Below, one piece after another: positions 1-11,181 of a DNA stretch of 64,000 nucleotides. The DNA is from Cyanophora paradoxa CCMP329 (Eukaryota; Plantae; Glaucophyta). Positions within the stretch are counted from its first letter, which is position 1, and every line of letters starts with the position of its first letter. Position numbers and translations under genes: made by a program. The stretch spans positions 1 to 64,000 of the forward strand of contig QPMI01000089.1 of the NCBI GenBank assembly GCA_004431415.1. Direction: 5' to 3'. The notes below the pieces were generated by a model that made no database searches, was not told where the DNA came from, and worked only from the letters and a program-made list of their open reading frames with translations.

Positions 1-639
1 CCGTGGACGGGCGGATAACGATCTAGAGCCCGCGCTGTCCGGAAGCCTAGCGAGCGACGCCGCATACAGAAGCCCAGCCAGAATCCTCAGCTTGAACTCC
101 ACTCCCCGCCTTGGATCTAGAGCACGGATCTAGAGCACGCTCTGCAGCCGTCCAGAAGTCTTGCAGCAGTCCAGCTGATCTGGAGCTCACGCACGGGGGC
201 GGGCGGGGCGGGGCGCAGTTCGAGGTGGTGGCGGACGCGTCGGACCTCGCGCGGGTCCCCATCCTCGGCGACCTCGCCCGCCTCCAGGTGCGAGCCTTAT
301 AATTAGTCTCCCTGGGACCGATATATATCTGGCTAGAGAGATTTTAATTGGTCTTACTATGATCTAGAGCCTTCGACTGGGCTAGAGGTAATCAGGCGAC
401 CTCGCACGCCTCCAGGTAATCATGAGAGCCCGGGCCCCGCCCCGCCCCGCCCCCGCCCCCGCTCCCGCCCCGCACCGGCCCCCACAATTACTTTTTTCCA
501 TCGCCTCCTGCCGGCTGCGCCGCCCTCCGGCTTCTCATATCTTTCCCCGCCGTCCGTCCCCCTTCCGCGCACCGGCCCCGGATCCACCCATCTGCTTCCT
601 TCGCTTTCTTTCTCTGCGCCGCGCGAAGTCACGCTCTCT

Positions 640-2400
640 GCTTCCACACACACACACACACACACACACACGCTCTCTGCCCCTCCTCCCCCCCCCCGCT
701 ACACCCCCCCGCCACCCCCCCCCCCCCCGCTACCCACCCCGCGCCACCCCCCCCCCCCACACCCCCCCCCCACACCCCGCCCGCCTCCACCGCGCTCCCG
801 CCCGCCTCCTTCTCATCACGCCGCCCTCACCCTCCCCCTGCCTCACCTCCTCCCCCCTGCCGGCAGGTCGAGGAGTTTGCGCGAAAGGGCGTCATCGACG
901 CCGATTTCACCATCCCGCCCCTCGGCCGCCCCAAGGTCCCCCCCCTCCCCCCGGCTCCTAGCGCATTGTAAATAGCAGCCCCTAGCATCCAGCCCTAGAC
1001 GCCGTCCAACTCGAAACACCCCTTCCATTAGTAAAATATTTAGAAACGCCCCTCGTCTTGATGCCGCTGATCGGGCCCGGCGGCAGCTGCCGGAGCGGGT
1101 CTACTTCCGCTTCGGGGGGGCGATCGACACGGCGGAGTACGCGGGGCGCCTGCGGGAGCGCGACGCGATCGCCGAGCTCTATGCCCGCGTCCGCGCCGAG
1201 GTTGAGGGCGGCCTCTCCTACCTCCTCACCGCCCGCGCCCGCGACCCCTACCGGTGATTCGATCCCGATCTGATCCCAACTTGATCCCAATTTGATCAGG
1301 GCGCAGGGAGTTCCTGCCCCGGGTGGCGCACGAGGCTGCGCGGGGCTGGCGGCAGGCCCCCTCCTTTCCGGAGGCCGACCCGCCCCGGGCGGCCCCGGGC
1401 GCCCCCGGTGCGAAGCCCCCGACTGGTCCCTAATTATGGCCGGTCAAAGATCAGCAATCAGGCAATTGATATTAGCCATGAATAAGAAGCGGGGGGTGGG
1501 GGGTGCGGGGGGGGGGGGGGGGCGGGGGAGATGAGAAGCGGGGGAGGTGTGGGGTGGGAGCGGGGGGGGGGGGGTAAGGGGGGGGTAGGGGGCTCCCGCC
1601 GCCTGTTATCCCGGATCGCAGCTCGCGATCATCGGATGATGGGAACCCTTTGGAAATAGATACTGTGCCGCAGCTGCAGCCCATCGTGCCCGGCGGCCCT
1701 GGGCGCCCCGGGCGGCCCCTGTGCCTTCCCGGAGGCCGACCCGCCCCGGGCGGCCCCGGGCGCCCAGGTTGCAGAGCCCCCGATCGCGCGACTGGCCCCT
1801 AGCTATCGCCCAATATAAATTAAAGATCAGCGATCAGACAATTAGCGATGAATGTGAGAAGCAGAGGCAGCGCTAGAGCTGCAAAATCTAGACCGATACC
1901 CTGCACTGTAGCTAGGAACAGATCTGCAGCCCCCCCCCCCCCCCCCCCCCCCCCCGGGCCGGGCCGGCGGGGCCGGAGCGCGCTGAGGGGCGCGGGAGGC
2001 GGGAGGCGGGGGGGGGGGAGGGGGGGGGGCGGGGGGGGGGGACGCTGTGTTGAGGACGCGGGCCGGAGGGGCGCAAGGCCGGAGAGCTGCCGCGTCTCCC
2101 TCGTTTCTCCCTCGTCTCCGCGGGGCCGCCGGCACTCTACAGGAGTCAAAATGTACATCTACATATCTAAAGAGGCGATGCCGCCGGGGCAGACGCCGAC
2201 GCCACCCCGTAGATCCCTCTTCAGTGGCCGCTCCCCTCCCAATAGTGCCCTCTTCCCACCCCGCTCCCTGCCTCCTTTTCTCCCTTCGCAGCCTCGCTCT
2301 CTCCTCTCTCCCTCCCCCCTCAGGTCCACCTCTCGAGCTCCCTACATACCCGATCTACCGCTACCCCCCGCCCCCTCCGCCCCCCCCCCCCCCCCCTCAA
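640..2400. repeat. Low-complexity host DNA: (CA)n microsatellite at about 645-671, poly-C/poly-G runs, short duplication (about 1367-1405 vs 1728-1765)
   Basis: Directly visible runs; overlapping ORFs are Pro/Gly/Arg-rich artefacts. Confidence 0.8.
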
Positions 2401-3066
2401 TACTGTAACCTCATGACCGCAACCACCTCCCCCCTCCAAATCCACCCACCCGCATCTGTACCTTCGTGGCCCGCACCTACCTGTAGCTACTGTAGTACTC
2501 GCTCTTAGGCTCCACAGCACCCTTAGCATGTCCACAGTCCGTCCTTTGTGGCCCCCCAGAGGGGATATACGCGGGGCTGGCCTAACCAATATACTATGAT
2601 ACTGATATGCCCTTGGGGCTTTTCCAAAAACAAAAAATCTACAGAGGCTATATCTACAGCGGTAACCGATCTACAGCAGATCTCATGCAGTCGCTCGCAA
2701 TTGGAATTGGTCGTGAATTCGAAGTCACTATATATAGGAATATATAGCTACATCAAACTCAGCCTAAATGTATTTCCGATTTCTAGATACTCAGCCCCAC
2801 ATGCCAAAATCTAAATATTTTTATAAGGAGTAATCGACCAACATGTATAGCACGCCGTGACGAAACTTGAAATCTACGAATCTACTTCAGATTTCTAATT
2901 CATGATCAAATACTGCTAATACGCAAGTTGCGATGATCATGATGCTCAGATAATTACGACAAAGCTTAAGATCAGAAAAACAAAATTAAAGGCTTAGATC
3001 TAGAAGCCTTCGAATTCACAAAGTCGCTTTCGGGACCAAGGACGCGAAAGCGAATTCATCCTATAG

Positions 3067-3339
3067 CTAAATGTATCTACGATATCCTCCTGGGGTGATG
3101 TAGAATTCCCCTCCTTGTGGCCCAATGTAAGTCGTGCGGCCATTATAGCCGCCACCAAATCCCCTTATCGGATATGATCCCGAGGATGAGGTGGAGCGGC
3201 ACACAGATGCGCTGGACCCACGCATTCGCGAAGATGACGGGTAAGAGCACAGCTGCTGGCTGAAATCCCCGCCGCCACTAGGGTAAGCCCGCCCTCTGCT
3301 ATAGCTGTTCATGGCAGACTCCCTGATCTGCATTGTCAC
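3067..3339 (-). CDS. Small Ser/Gly-rich protein with C-terminal PBCV basic-adaptor-like motif
   Basis: C-terminus RTTYIGPQGGEFYITPGGYRRYI resembles the GPRGGxYYIxxxGxKxYV pattern; start codon uncertain. Confidence 0.45.
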   Translation of the reverse strand: MTMQIRESAMNSYSRGRAYPSGGGDFSQQLCSYPSSSRMRGSSASVCRSTSSSGSYPIRGFGGGYNGRTTYIGPQGGEFYITPGGYRRYI

Positions 3340-3392
3340 ACAGCGTTAGATTTATATATAATGATTTTGACGAAGAATTAGCCCTGCCAATT

Positions 3393-6300
3393 TCGGAAAT
3401 CCAGATCGGCGACCGAAATTCCTGTAACGTCCGAGAAACGTCCGTACCCCGTGTTCATCGTGGATCAATTCACGCACACACCTCGACAGTGACGTCACGC
3501 AATTTTCCATCGAGTTCTCTCATGGATCAAATGTCAGACTTGTACGCCGACATGTCCGGACGTCTCGAGGAATTCCGATCGTGGCTTCTCGAGGGAGACC
3601 GCTCTCCCATGGCCGTCGCGCGAATATCGAATTTCGGCTCTCCCGTGGGCGTCACGCGAAAATCGAATTAATTTCGGGCGAAGCCTCTTCCGTAGGTCGA
3701 TGGTGAACGCCCGATTTTATTTTTTTTCCACTCGAGTCCGATTGGTCCGAGCGTCCAGATTCGCGACCTCCGCAATGAAGGCGAACGGTTTCACATGTAA
3801 CACAGTTGCCCACGGACGTTACATTGACGTGACATTTATTTTTGGCCTCGAGGTTCCCCTAAGACGACCGCTCTCCCGTCGGCGTCGTGCGAAAATCGAA
3901 TTTCCCTCGTAGGTCGATGGTGAACGCCCGATTTTATTTTTTTTCCACTCGAGTCCGATTGGTCCGAGCGTCCAGATTCGCGACCTCCGCAATGAAGGCG
4001 AACGGTTTCACATGTAACACAGTTGCCCACGGACGTTACATTGACGTGACATTTATTTTTGGCCTCGAGGTTCCCCTAAAACGACCGCTCTCCCGTCGGC
4101 GTCGTGCGAAAATCGAATTTCCCTCCAGGATCAATTTCGTTATTTATACCCCAGGGCTCGATCGCGAAACTCCAAAAAGTGGGACCCGGTCCCGCGACGA
4201 AAGCGCGCCAGAGACGCCCCAGAGCGGTCACAATCACACCCAAGAGCGCGTGCATCGCGGCGAGCTCGATTTCAGCCGCCCTTGACGGTCCAGACGAAAG
4301 ACTCGGCCGAAATTTTGATCCACCCGGTTCCGGCCGGTCCCGCGACGCGCGCAATCGATGCGTTCTCGCGCGCATAGACATAGCACGGCCTGCGCACTCC
4401 AGATATCCGCTTTTCGCACCCGAAACGGCGCAGAAAGGTGCCCGACGTCAAAAATTCGATCCTGCACGGTCCCGGGCAACTTTCCGCGCGCCGAGGCCAC
4501 GGCGCATGCGCGGAGCAATAGTATAAGCATTTGAGATGTAGAAGAAGCCTTCCGCACGGTCTCTAAATGCGCCGGGCCGCGAGGACCCAGCCGACCCCGA
4601 AAATTCGATCCTGGATGGACCTGCACATGTTTCCGCGCGCCATCGCGTCCCCACCCATGCCCATCGCTACAGTATTTATTTGCGAGGTTCCCCTTAGACG
4701 ACCGCTCTCCCGTCGGCGTCGTGCGAAAATCGAATTTCCCTCCAGGATCAATTTCGGTATTTATACCCCAGGGCTCGATCGCGAAACTCCAAAAAGTGGG
4801 ACCCGGTCCCGCGACGAAAGCGCGCCAGAGACGCCCCAGAGCGGTCACAATCACACCCAAGAGCGCGTGCATCGCGGCGAGCTCGATTTCAGCCGCCCTT
4901 GACGGTCCAGACGAAAGACTCGGCCGAAATTTTGATCCACCCGGTTCCGGCCGGTCCCGCGACGCGCGCAATCGATGCGTTCTCGCGCGCATAGACATAG
5001 CACGGCCTGCGCACTCCAGATATCCGCTTTTCGCAGCCGAAACGGCGCAGAAAGGTGCCCGACGTCAAAAATTCGATCCTGCACGGTCCCGGGCAACTTT
5101 CCGCGCGCCGAGGCCACGGCGCATGCGCGGAGCAATAGTATAAGCATTTGAGATGTAGAAGAAGCCTTCCGCACGGTCTCTAAATGCGCCGGGCCGCGAG
5201 GACCCAGCCGACCCCGAAAATTCGATCCTGGATGGACCTGCACATGTTTCCGCGCGCCATCGCGTCCCCACCCATGCCCATCGCTACAGTATTTATTTGA
5301 GATCTAAACGAAGCCTTTCCCAAGCTCTGTGGCCGCGAAAGAGCACGAGAATCCAGCCGACGCCAAATTGTTGATTCTGGACAGGCCTCCACAGATTTCC
5401 GCGGGCCCTCGCCTCTGCAGCCCTGCCGCAGTGCACATCGATCCTGTATGCATTGGAGACTCTGTTTAAGCGATTCATAACCTCTGTGCATGCGCCTGGC
5501 CACGCGAACCTCGCCCGTCCCCTCAACACTCTCCTCTCAATTTCCTCAGGGCCTCGAGCTCAATTGCAACTACAGCTAGCTGATTGGCGGCACCACTCCT
5601 CCCTCCCCTCATTATATTCTCTCTCAGCTGCAGCAATTCCCCTTATTACATAATTATATTCTCTCAGGACAATTCCTCTCAGGACAACTTCTCCCATAAT
5701 TGTATTCCCTCTCACAAACCTCCCCTCCCCTCTCCCTACCCCGCCGACCCATTGACAGCCGCGACGGGCCGCGATGAATAAGGGGGACGCGAAGAGGGCG
5801 GCAGAGGCTTCGCCCGATGTTTGGGACCCGCAGGGGCCCAGGGCTTGTCGGAAATCCAGATCGGCGACCGAAATTCCTGTAACGTCCGAGAAACGTCCGT
5901 ACCCCGTGTTCATCGTGGATCAATTCACGCACACACCTCGACAGTGACGTCACGCAATTTTCCATCGAGTTCTCTCATGGATCAAATGTCAGACTTGTAC
6001 GCCGACATGTCCGGACGTCTCGAGGAATTCCGATCGTGGCTTCTCGAGGGAGACCGCTCTCCCATGGCCGTCGCGCGAATATCGAATTTCGGCTCTCCCG
6101 TGGGCGTCACGCGAAAATCGAATTTCTCTCCCGAACTAATCCCGGTATTTATACCCCGGTTCGATCGCGAAACTCCAAAAAGTGGGACCCGGTCCCGCCC
6201 GGTCCCGCGACGAAAGCGCGCCAGGAACGCCCCAGAGCGATACAGAATGAGAGCCGAGGGCGCGCGCACCGCTGCAAGCTCGATTTCGGGCGCCGCCGAC

Positions 6301-6533
6301 ACTGCAATGCGAAGAGTCGGCGGAAACTTTGACCCAGCCGGTCCCGTCCGGTCCCGCGACGCGCGCAATCGATGCGTACTCACGCGCATAGACATAGCAC
6401 GGCCTGCGCACTCCAGCGATCCGCTTTTCGGAGCCGGAACAGTGCAGGAAGGCACCCGGCGGCAAAAATTCGATCCTGCACAGGCCCGGACATCTTTCCG
6501 CGCGCCGACGCCGCGGCGCATGCGCCGAACAAT
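3393..6533 (+). repeat. Host complex GC-rich repeat array, interrupted by E1 and continuing at 29057
   Basis: 3393-3669 repeated at 5848-6124; 218-bp tandem pair (about 3691-4126); 617-bp tandem pair (about 4066-5300); recurring AAAATTCGATCCTG...TTTCCGCGCGCC subunits. Confidence 0.9.
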
Positions 6534-6960
6534 TGTTGTATACGCATGGACCTCACACCCGGGCAATTCCGCTTCGCTCCATTGCCCCCGATTCCATGCG
6601 TTTCCAGTGTATACCTCCAGCCCCTCTTCAGTTAATTCACCTTGTACGTCTACGAGACTCAAATTCCCAGGTCTACCAGACTCGGGTCGGAGTCTTAACA
6701 AAGAAATATCTAACGACTATTCAGGGCAGAGCTGACAACTAGAATAGACGAAGAGGAGCGCTGCCCCCTTGAGCGCGGTCTGTAGAACAACGTGGCAGAA
6801 TAGGCTAGGCGATATTAATGAGTACAGAGAAGCTAAACGAGGAAACGTGTTAAGCTCTAGCTAGATGTAATTGATGTGTACAGAGAAGCTAAACGAGGAA
6901 AAAGCGTTAAGCTATAGCCGCACGTAAGGACGGGCCCCCAGAGCGGTCTGCTGCGGCCTC
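6534..6960 (+). repeat. E1 left TIR
   Basis: Reverse complement of 28630-29056; begins TGTTGTATACGC. Confidence 0.95.
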
Positions 6961-7303
6961 ATTCCACTTGATCTGGTTGCTTTTCCGAAACTGGAGTCTT
7001 CTCCTTTCTGAAACTTGATAGCAGGGACTTCTTTCTTTTCAGGGGCTTTGGGATATTTGGGGATGGCCAAGACGATCTTCGGTTATCAGAATCAAGCCAC
7101 GGTACAGGTGAGTCAGATCGCGTAAAAGGAGAATTGGACCTAGAAGTCCCGGGTGTGTTATTAGGCGATAGCTGAGTATCAGGGGTGCGCGACCCCTCAG
7201 TGTCAGATATTTCGAGGTTAATAGTTGTCTCGCAGCAACTGCATTTCAATTTGCTGGTGACGTTGAGATGGAACATGTCCATGCATTTACGGAGCAGATC
7301 CAT
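6959..7303 (-). CDS. Hypothetical protein (114 aa)
   Basis: ATG-initiated ORF ending at the TIR boundary; CSCC motif and Ser/Pro-rich tail. Confidence 0.55.
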   Translation of the reverse strand: MDLLRKCMDMFHLNVTSKLKCSCCETTINLEISDTEGSRTPDTQLSPNNTPGTSRSNSPFTRSDSPVPWLDSDNRRSSWPSPNIPKPLKRKKSLLSSFRKEKTPVSEKQPDQVE

Positions 7304-7336
7304 CTACAAGGGGTAGTATATATAAAAACAAAGATT

Positions 7337-8173
7337 CTATGGGTTGGGATCAGCCCCTCCAATTGGAAAGTAACGATTCGAATTGAAGGTCTCACCATAC
7401 TTGACCCCGCTTGCAATCACATCTGTTCTTTCGGCAAATAGAATAATTTTGTAGGCGCCCATAAGCGTAGCCCTCACAATAAACTGGTAATCTTCAACCC
7501 CCACTGGAGTAGAATGGAAAGCAACACCAAAATTGTCAATAGGATTGATTAAAACAGCTATGTTTGGCCGGAGAGCATCATTTCTCCTACAAAGGAAGTA
7601 GATATCCGGAGGAATATCAACAACACTCTTGAAATGGTTTCCGAGTGGCTGAACGTTATCTACGATTGATGTTTGCTCATTTATGTTTAGCGTGAAGACT
7701 TTGATGATATAAGGCAAATTCATACCAGGAACATACGTTCTGATTCTTTCATTAGTGTTTTCAGGGTTAGGTTGATCATTAACAAAAATAGGGGCGCAAG
7801 CAGCTCCGCCCACTCGAAGGCCATCTCCAATATATGCACCTCCAGACCTGCAGGTCACAGCCCCTGTTCTTGATTCATAGGTAAAAGTATTAATCTTGTT
7901 AGCATCATCATAGCTGTCAAAATCACCATAGTTCGAATTAAAATTAGCATTAGTTATAAGGAGATTAGTCGTTTTAATAGTGCCATTATTTTTGTCGCAG
8001 CGGACTTCTCCTAAACGTAATATGTGATTCTCCCGGAATGTGTTTAATGTTGGCTGTTGCTCAGTTGATTGCAGGCCGGGGATATCGTCTGAGACAGCAT
8101 GCTGCAGAACGTGGTTAGCTGGAGCGGCGAGGGTCAAAGAGGGAACAACAATTCTTTCAACAGCTTCAGCCAT
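7337..8173 (-). CDS. Putative virion fibre-family protein (paralog A)
   Basis: Shared N-terminal H-x3-H...TE...RCDKNNG..KTT domain and RSGGAYIG; ortholog at 36927-37760. Confidence 0.7.
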   Translation of the reverse strand: MAEAVERIVVPSLTLAAPANHVLQHAVSDDIPGLQSTEQQPTLNTFRENHILRLGEVRCDKNNGTIKTTNLLITNANFNSNYGDFDSYDDANKINTFTYESRTGAVTCRSGGAYIGDGLRVGGAACAPIFVNDQPNPENTNERIRTYVPGMNLPYIIKVFTLNINEQTSIVDNVQPLGNHFKSVVDIPPDIYFLCRRNDALRPNIAVLINPIDNFGVAFHSTPVGVEDYQFIVRATLMGAYKIILFAERTDVIASGVKYGETFNSNRYFPIGGADPNP

Positions 8174-8235
8174 TATTGTTATGACTTAAAGAAAATGAAT
8201 GCATAAAATAACAAGACAACAGGAAGGCTAGACAG

Positions 8236-8763
8236 ATGGAGATCGAAATTCCCAATGGAGCGATTGCTATTCCTATCTATGGACGGAATGGAATAGTAGC
8301 ACATTCTTTCATATTAGCAGCTGATGCAGAGCTAGTTAATGAAAAACGTTGGAATCTTGATAAAGAGGGTTATGCAAAATGTAACATCTTTGTAAATGGA
8401 AAGAGGACCACAAGAAAAATGCATCAGTTAATTGTAGGATCAGTCAATCAAGGGTTTTCTATTGATCACATTAACTGCAATAAACTGGATAACAGACGTG
8501 AAAATCTACGCCTGGCCACAAATAAGCAGCAAACATTGAATCATTTGCTTCAAAAAAATAATTCGAGTGGTTTTGTGGGGGTGAGCTTTAATAAGTCTAA
8601 TAACAAATGGCAAGCTCATTTCTGTATAAATGGACGCGTGAAACACATTGGCTATTTCTCTACTGCTGAAGCTGCTGCTAAAGCCAGGGATACCTACGCT
8701 CTTGAACACACCAGCGAGACAGATCGTCAATTTCTACGTCTAAACTTTCCAGCTGAAGCGTAA
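8236..8763 (+). CDS. HNH endonuclease with AP2 domain
   Basis: IDHINCNKLDNRRENLR (HNH_3 type), then SGFVGV...KWQA...HIGYF...AAKARD (AP2). Confidence 0.9.
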   Translation: MEIEIPNGAIAIPIYGRNGIVAHSFILAADAELVNEKRWNLDKEGYAKCNIFVNGKRTTRKMHQLIVGSVNQGFSIDHINCNKLDNRRENLRLATNKQQTLNHLLQKNNSSGFVGVSFNKSNNKWQAHFCINGRVKHIGYFSTAEAAAKARDTYALEHTSETDRQFLRLNFPAEA

Positions 8764-8773
8764 ACGTTCTTTA

Positions 8774-9622
8774 TCAAGCTATAGGATTTTCAGGACTGAT
8801 CTCGTCGTACATATTATTTAGTGCTAAATCTGGGTTCAGTCCTCTAGTGGCCGCTGATGCAGCTACATCGGAGCGATATCCGATTATTAGGATAGAATAT
8901 CTGCCTATAGCAGTAGCATATAAATCGAAAAGATGCCTTGTATTAATATTACGAACTACATATCCCCGCCCAGCATGTCCAAGACCTTGGACAAAGAATG
9001 TATAGACATGCCCTATTTGATCATTTTGATCCTGACAGAGTGATTGAAGCGCCTTCGGTATTTCTCTGTTTGAAAGCAGCCTCTCACCATCCAGACCATT
9101 TGGTGTGCTTGAATTAGCTACTGTTATCTCAACTTCTACTAGAGCTTGTGCATAGGGGAGGTCACAGCAAGGTACATACATGCGAACTCGTTTACGATTT
9201 TCGACGTTCTCTAATGAAAAGTCCGGGACATCATTAATGGCAATCGATGACGAAAGCCCTCCACTAACTCGGCAGGCTCCGGTAATAGCTGCCCCTCCGG
9301 AACGCACAGTGAGAGCAGCAGTGTTTTGATCGTAGTTTATGCTTCGGAGGTCAACACTGTACGAATCAACTCCTCCTGTTATGGGCTGAGAGAAATTGGC
9401 ATTTGTAACTAGTAATCGCGTTGTTTTTACAACCCCAGAGTTTTTATCTGCCCGCAATTCTTTACACCGAATCACTGATCTCTGATCAAATGCATTAGTA
9501 GAGTTTGGTCGCTCGGTGGACTCTAATCCAGCAATAGCATCGCTAACTTCATGCTGCCTCATATGGATGGCTGGGGAGCCCAGCGAGTAGATAGGCAGCT
9601 GGACCCGATTGTACTCGGTCAT
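8774..9622 (-). CDS. Putative virion fibre-family protein (paralog B)
   Basis: Same N-terminal domain (KELRADKNSGVVKTT); ortholog at 37784-38629. Confidence 0.7.
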   Translation of the reverse strand: MTEYNRVQLPIYSLGSPAIHMRQHEVSDAIAGLESTERPNSTNAFDQRSVIRCKELRADKNSGVVKTTRLLVTNANFSQPITGGVDSYSVDLRSINYDQNTAALTVRSGGAAITGACRVSGGLSSSIAINDVPDFSLENVENRKRVRMYVPCCDLPYAQALVEVEITVANSSTPNGLDGERLLSNREIPKALQSLCQDQNDQIGHVYTFFVQGLGHAGRGYVVRNINTRHLFDLYATAIGRYSILIIGYRSDVAASAATRGLNPDLALNNMYDEISPENPIA

Positions 9623-9852
9623 TTAATAGAAACACGAGAGAAAAATAAACAAGGTTGCAGACAGAAAATAAATACAATTTTAAAAAAATAATTAATAATA
9701 TTGTATATATGTCGTATATATACACATCAGAAATGGTCGTCTATGAGTAACACCGAATAACAGAGATGCTGTATATATGCATGATATATACACAACTAAT
9801 ATTTATTCATTATTTATTTTTGAAATTATGGAGAGAGTGCTATCAAGCTCCG

Positions 9853-10116
9853 CTACTCTTCTGTGACATTGTTATACTCGATACCTTTTTTGACAGTTCC
9901 CCTTTGGAAAGCCTGTAGAACAATTGCTTCCTTTGTGGTTGGTATCTGAACTCCTGATGAGATGCAAGATTGAATCTCTTTCTGAACAATTTCATCAATT
10001 GCAATTCTCGCCCTGTTGTGAACAGCATTATCAATCCAATCTTGAACAGATAAAGCGCAATATTCCATTGCGAGATTTTCAGTATCTGAAAGAACCACTT
10101 GGTAAATATTCGACAT
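9853..10116 (-). CDS. Small conserved protein, possible fibre accessory/chaperone
   Basis: Very similar ortholog at 38665-38931; WIDNAVHNRARIAIDEIV recalls small marine-phage proteins next to tail-fibre genes (from memory). Confidence 0.7.
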   Translation of the reverse strand: MSNIYQVVLSDTENLAMEYCALSVQDWIDNAVHNRARIAIDEIVQKEIQSCISSGVQIPTTKEAIVLQAFQRGTVKKGIEYNNVTEE

Positions 10117-10136
10117 CCTATAATACTTGTAGATAA

Positions 10137-11159
10137 TTAAATTATACTCAGCAATTCACCACTAAATGTTGTGAATTCCGAAAGATAAGTATGATTAGCA
10201 TGAATAGAAACATTATCGCCTGCTCCAAGTCTTACTATTGCGCTCAAATTGATTGTTTTGTTGATTACAGTCTGAGAGTTATTTACCCTAAAATTGTATT
10301 CTGTTGAAACATTTGCATCATTTACTTTCAGATCTACACTCACAGTTGATGTAGTAATACTATAAGCAGTCAGAGAGAATCTGTAATCTCCGTAAACAGG
10401 TGCTGTGAATTTCCCTTCTACTACATCGAATGAGTTGGTATTATCAAAGAATTCATGCAACCAATTCGTAAGACGTCCAAAGACTGCATTTCTTGTTGCT
10501 AAACCGAACCCAACACAGAATCGAGGTTGGGTTGCTTGCTTCAAATAAAAGTTTGCTGCAATTGTGAGACCTCCTGCATCAATTCGTGCAACTTCTGTGC
10601 TATTTCGTTTCAGAATCAGATCCACATTTGCTCCTGTATCTATTTCAGGTGTTTGTATCTTTGTGGTTGCGGTCATTACAGGGACAGTATTAGTAGGAAC
10701 AGAAAGACCACCATTTGCATTCACAACACCTGTAAATGTAGTTGCTCCTGAAATTGAAACGTTTGTTGCTGAGAGTGTCCCATTCACAAAAGCTCCCGAA
10801 CCTATCCATGCTCCACCTGATTTAACTACAAGTGCTGCATTATTTTCTGTCCCATCAAAAGTAACAATTTGTGGTGTGGTCACCCCTCCTGCATCATCAT
10901 AAATTGCTGTATCAGCAACTACACCACCTGTTAAAACCTGATTCTTGTTACTCACGATTAATTGAGTGGTTCTTATTTTTCCAGCATTTCTATCACATCG
11001 AATTTCCTTGCATCTGATAATCGAATTTTGAGTAAACGAATCTGCACCTGTGGTTTCTGTGCAAATAAACCCGGGAATAGCATCTGTGACTGTGTGGTTC
11101 AGTTGATGCAATTTAGGCGCTGCATAACAGAAAACAGGAACTGCGATTTGGGTAGCCAT
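10137..11159 (-). CDS. Fibre protein with C-terminal C1q/TNF-like domain (paralog C)
   Basis: Shared N-domain; C1q-like signature FD...GKFTAPVYGDYRFS...L.AGD.V...FSGEL. Confidence 0.8.
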   Translation of the reverse strand: MATQIAVPVFCYAAPKLHQLNHTVTDAIPGFICTETTGADSFTQNSIIRCKEIRCDRNAGKIRTTQLIVSNKNQVLTGGVVADTAIYDDAGGVTTPQIVTFDGTENNAALVVKSGGAWIGSGAFVNGTLSATNVSISGATTFTGVVNANGGLSVPTNTVPVMTATTKIQTPEIDTGANVDLILKRNSTEVARIDAGGLTIAANFYLKQATQPRFCVGFGLATRNAVFGRLTNWLHEFFDNTNSFDVVEGKFTAPVYGDYRFSLTAYSITTSTVSVDLKVNDANVSTEYNFRVNNSQTVINKTINLSAIVRLGAGDNVSIHANHTYLSEFTTFSGELLSII

Positions 11160-11181
11160 CTATAAAACCCCTACAAAAAGT

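Noticed and set aside
1-2600. Pro/Gly-rich ORFs and possible telomeric repeats
   Set aside because: Homopolymer-driven ORFs; no regular telomere motif.
3393-6533. CRISPR-like or coding interpretation of the host repeats (also 60971-64000)
   Set aside because: No constant short repeat with unique spacers and no cas genes; the ORFs are GC-rich overlapping artefacts.
9623-9850. AT-rich spacer present in E1 but not in E2
   Set aside because: No ORF, clear termini or convincing structure; function cannot be supported.
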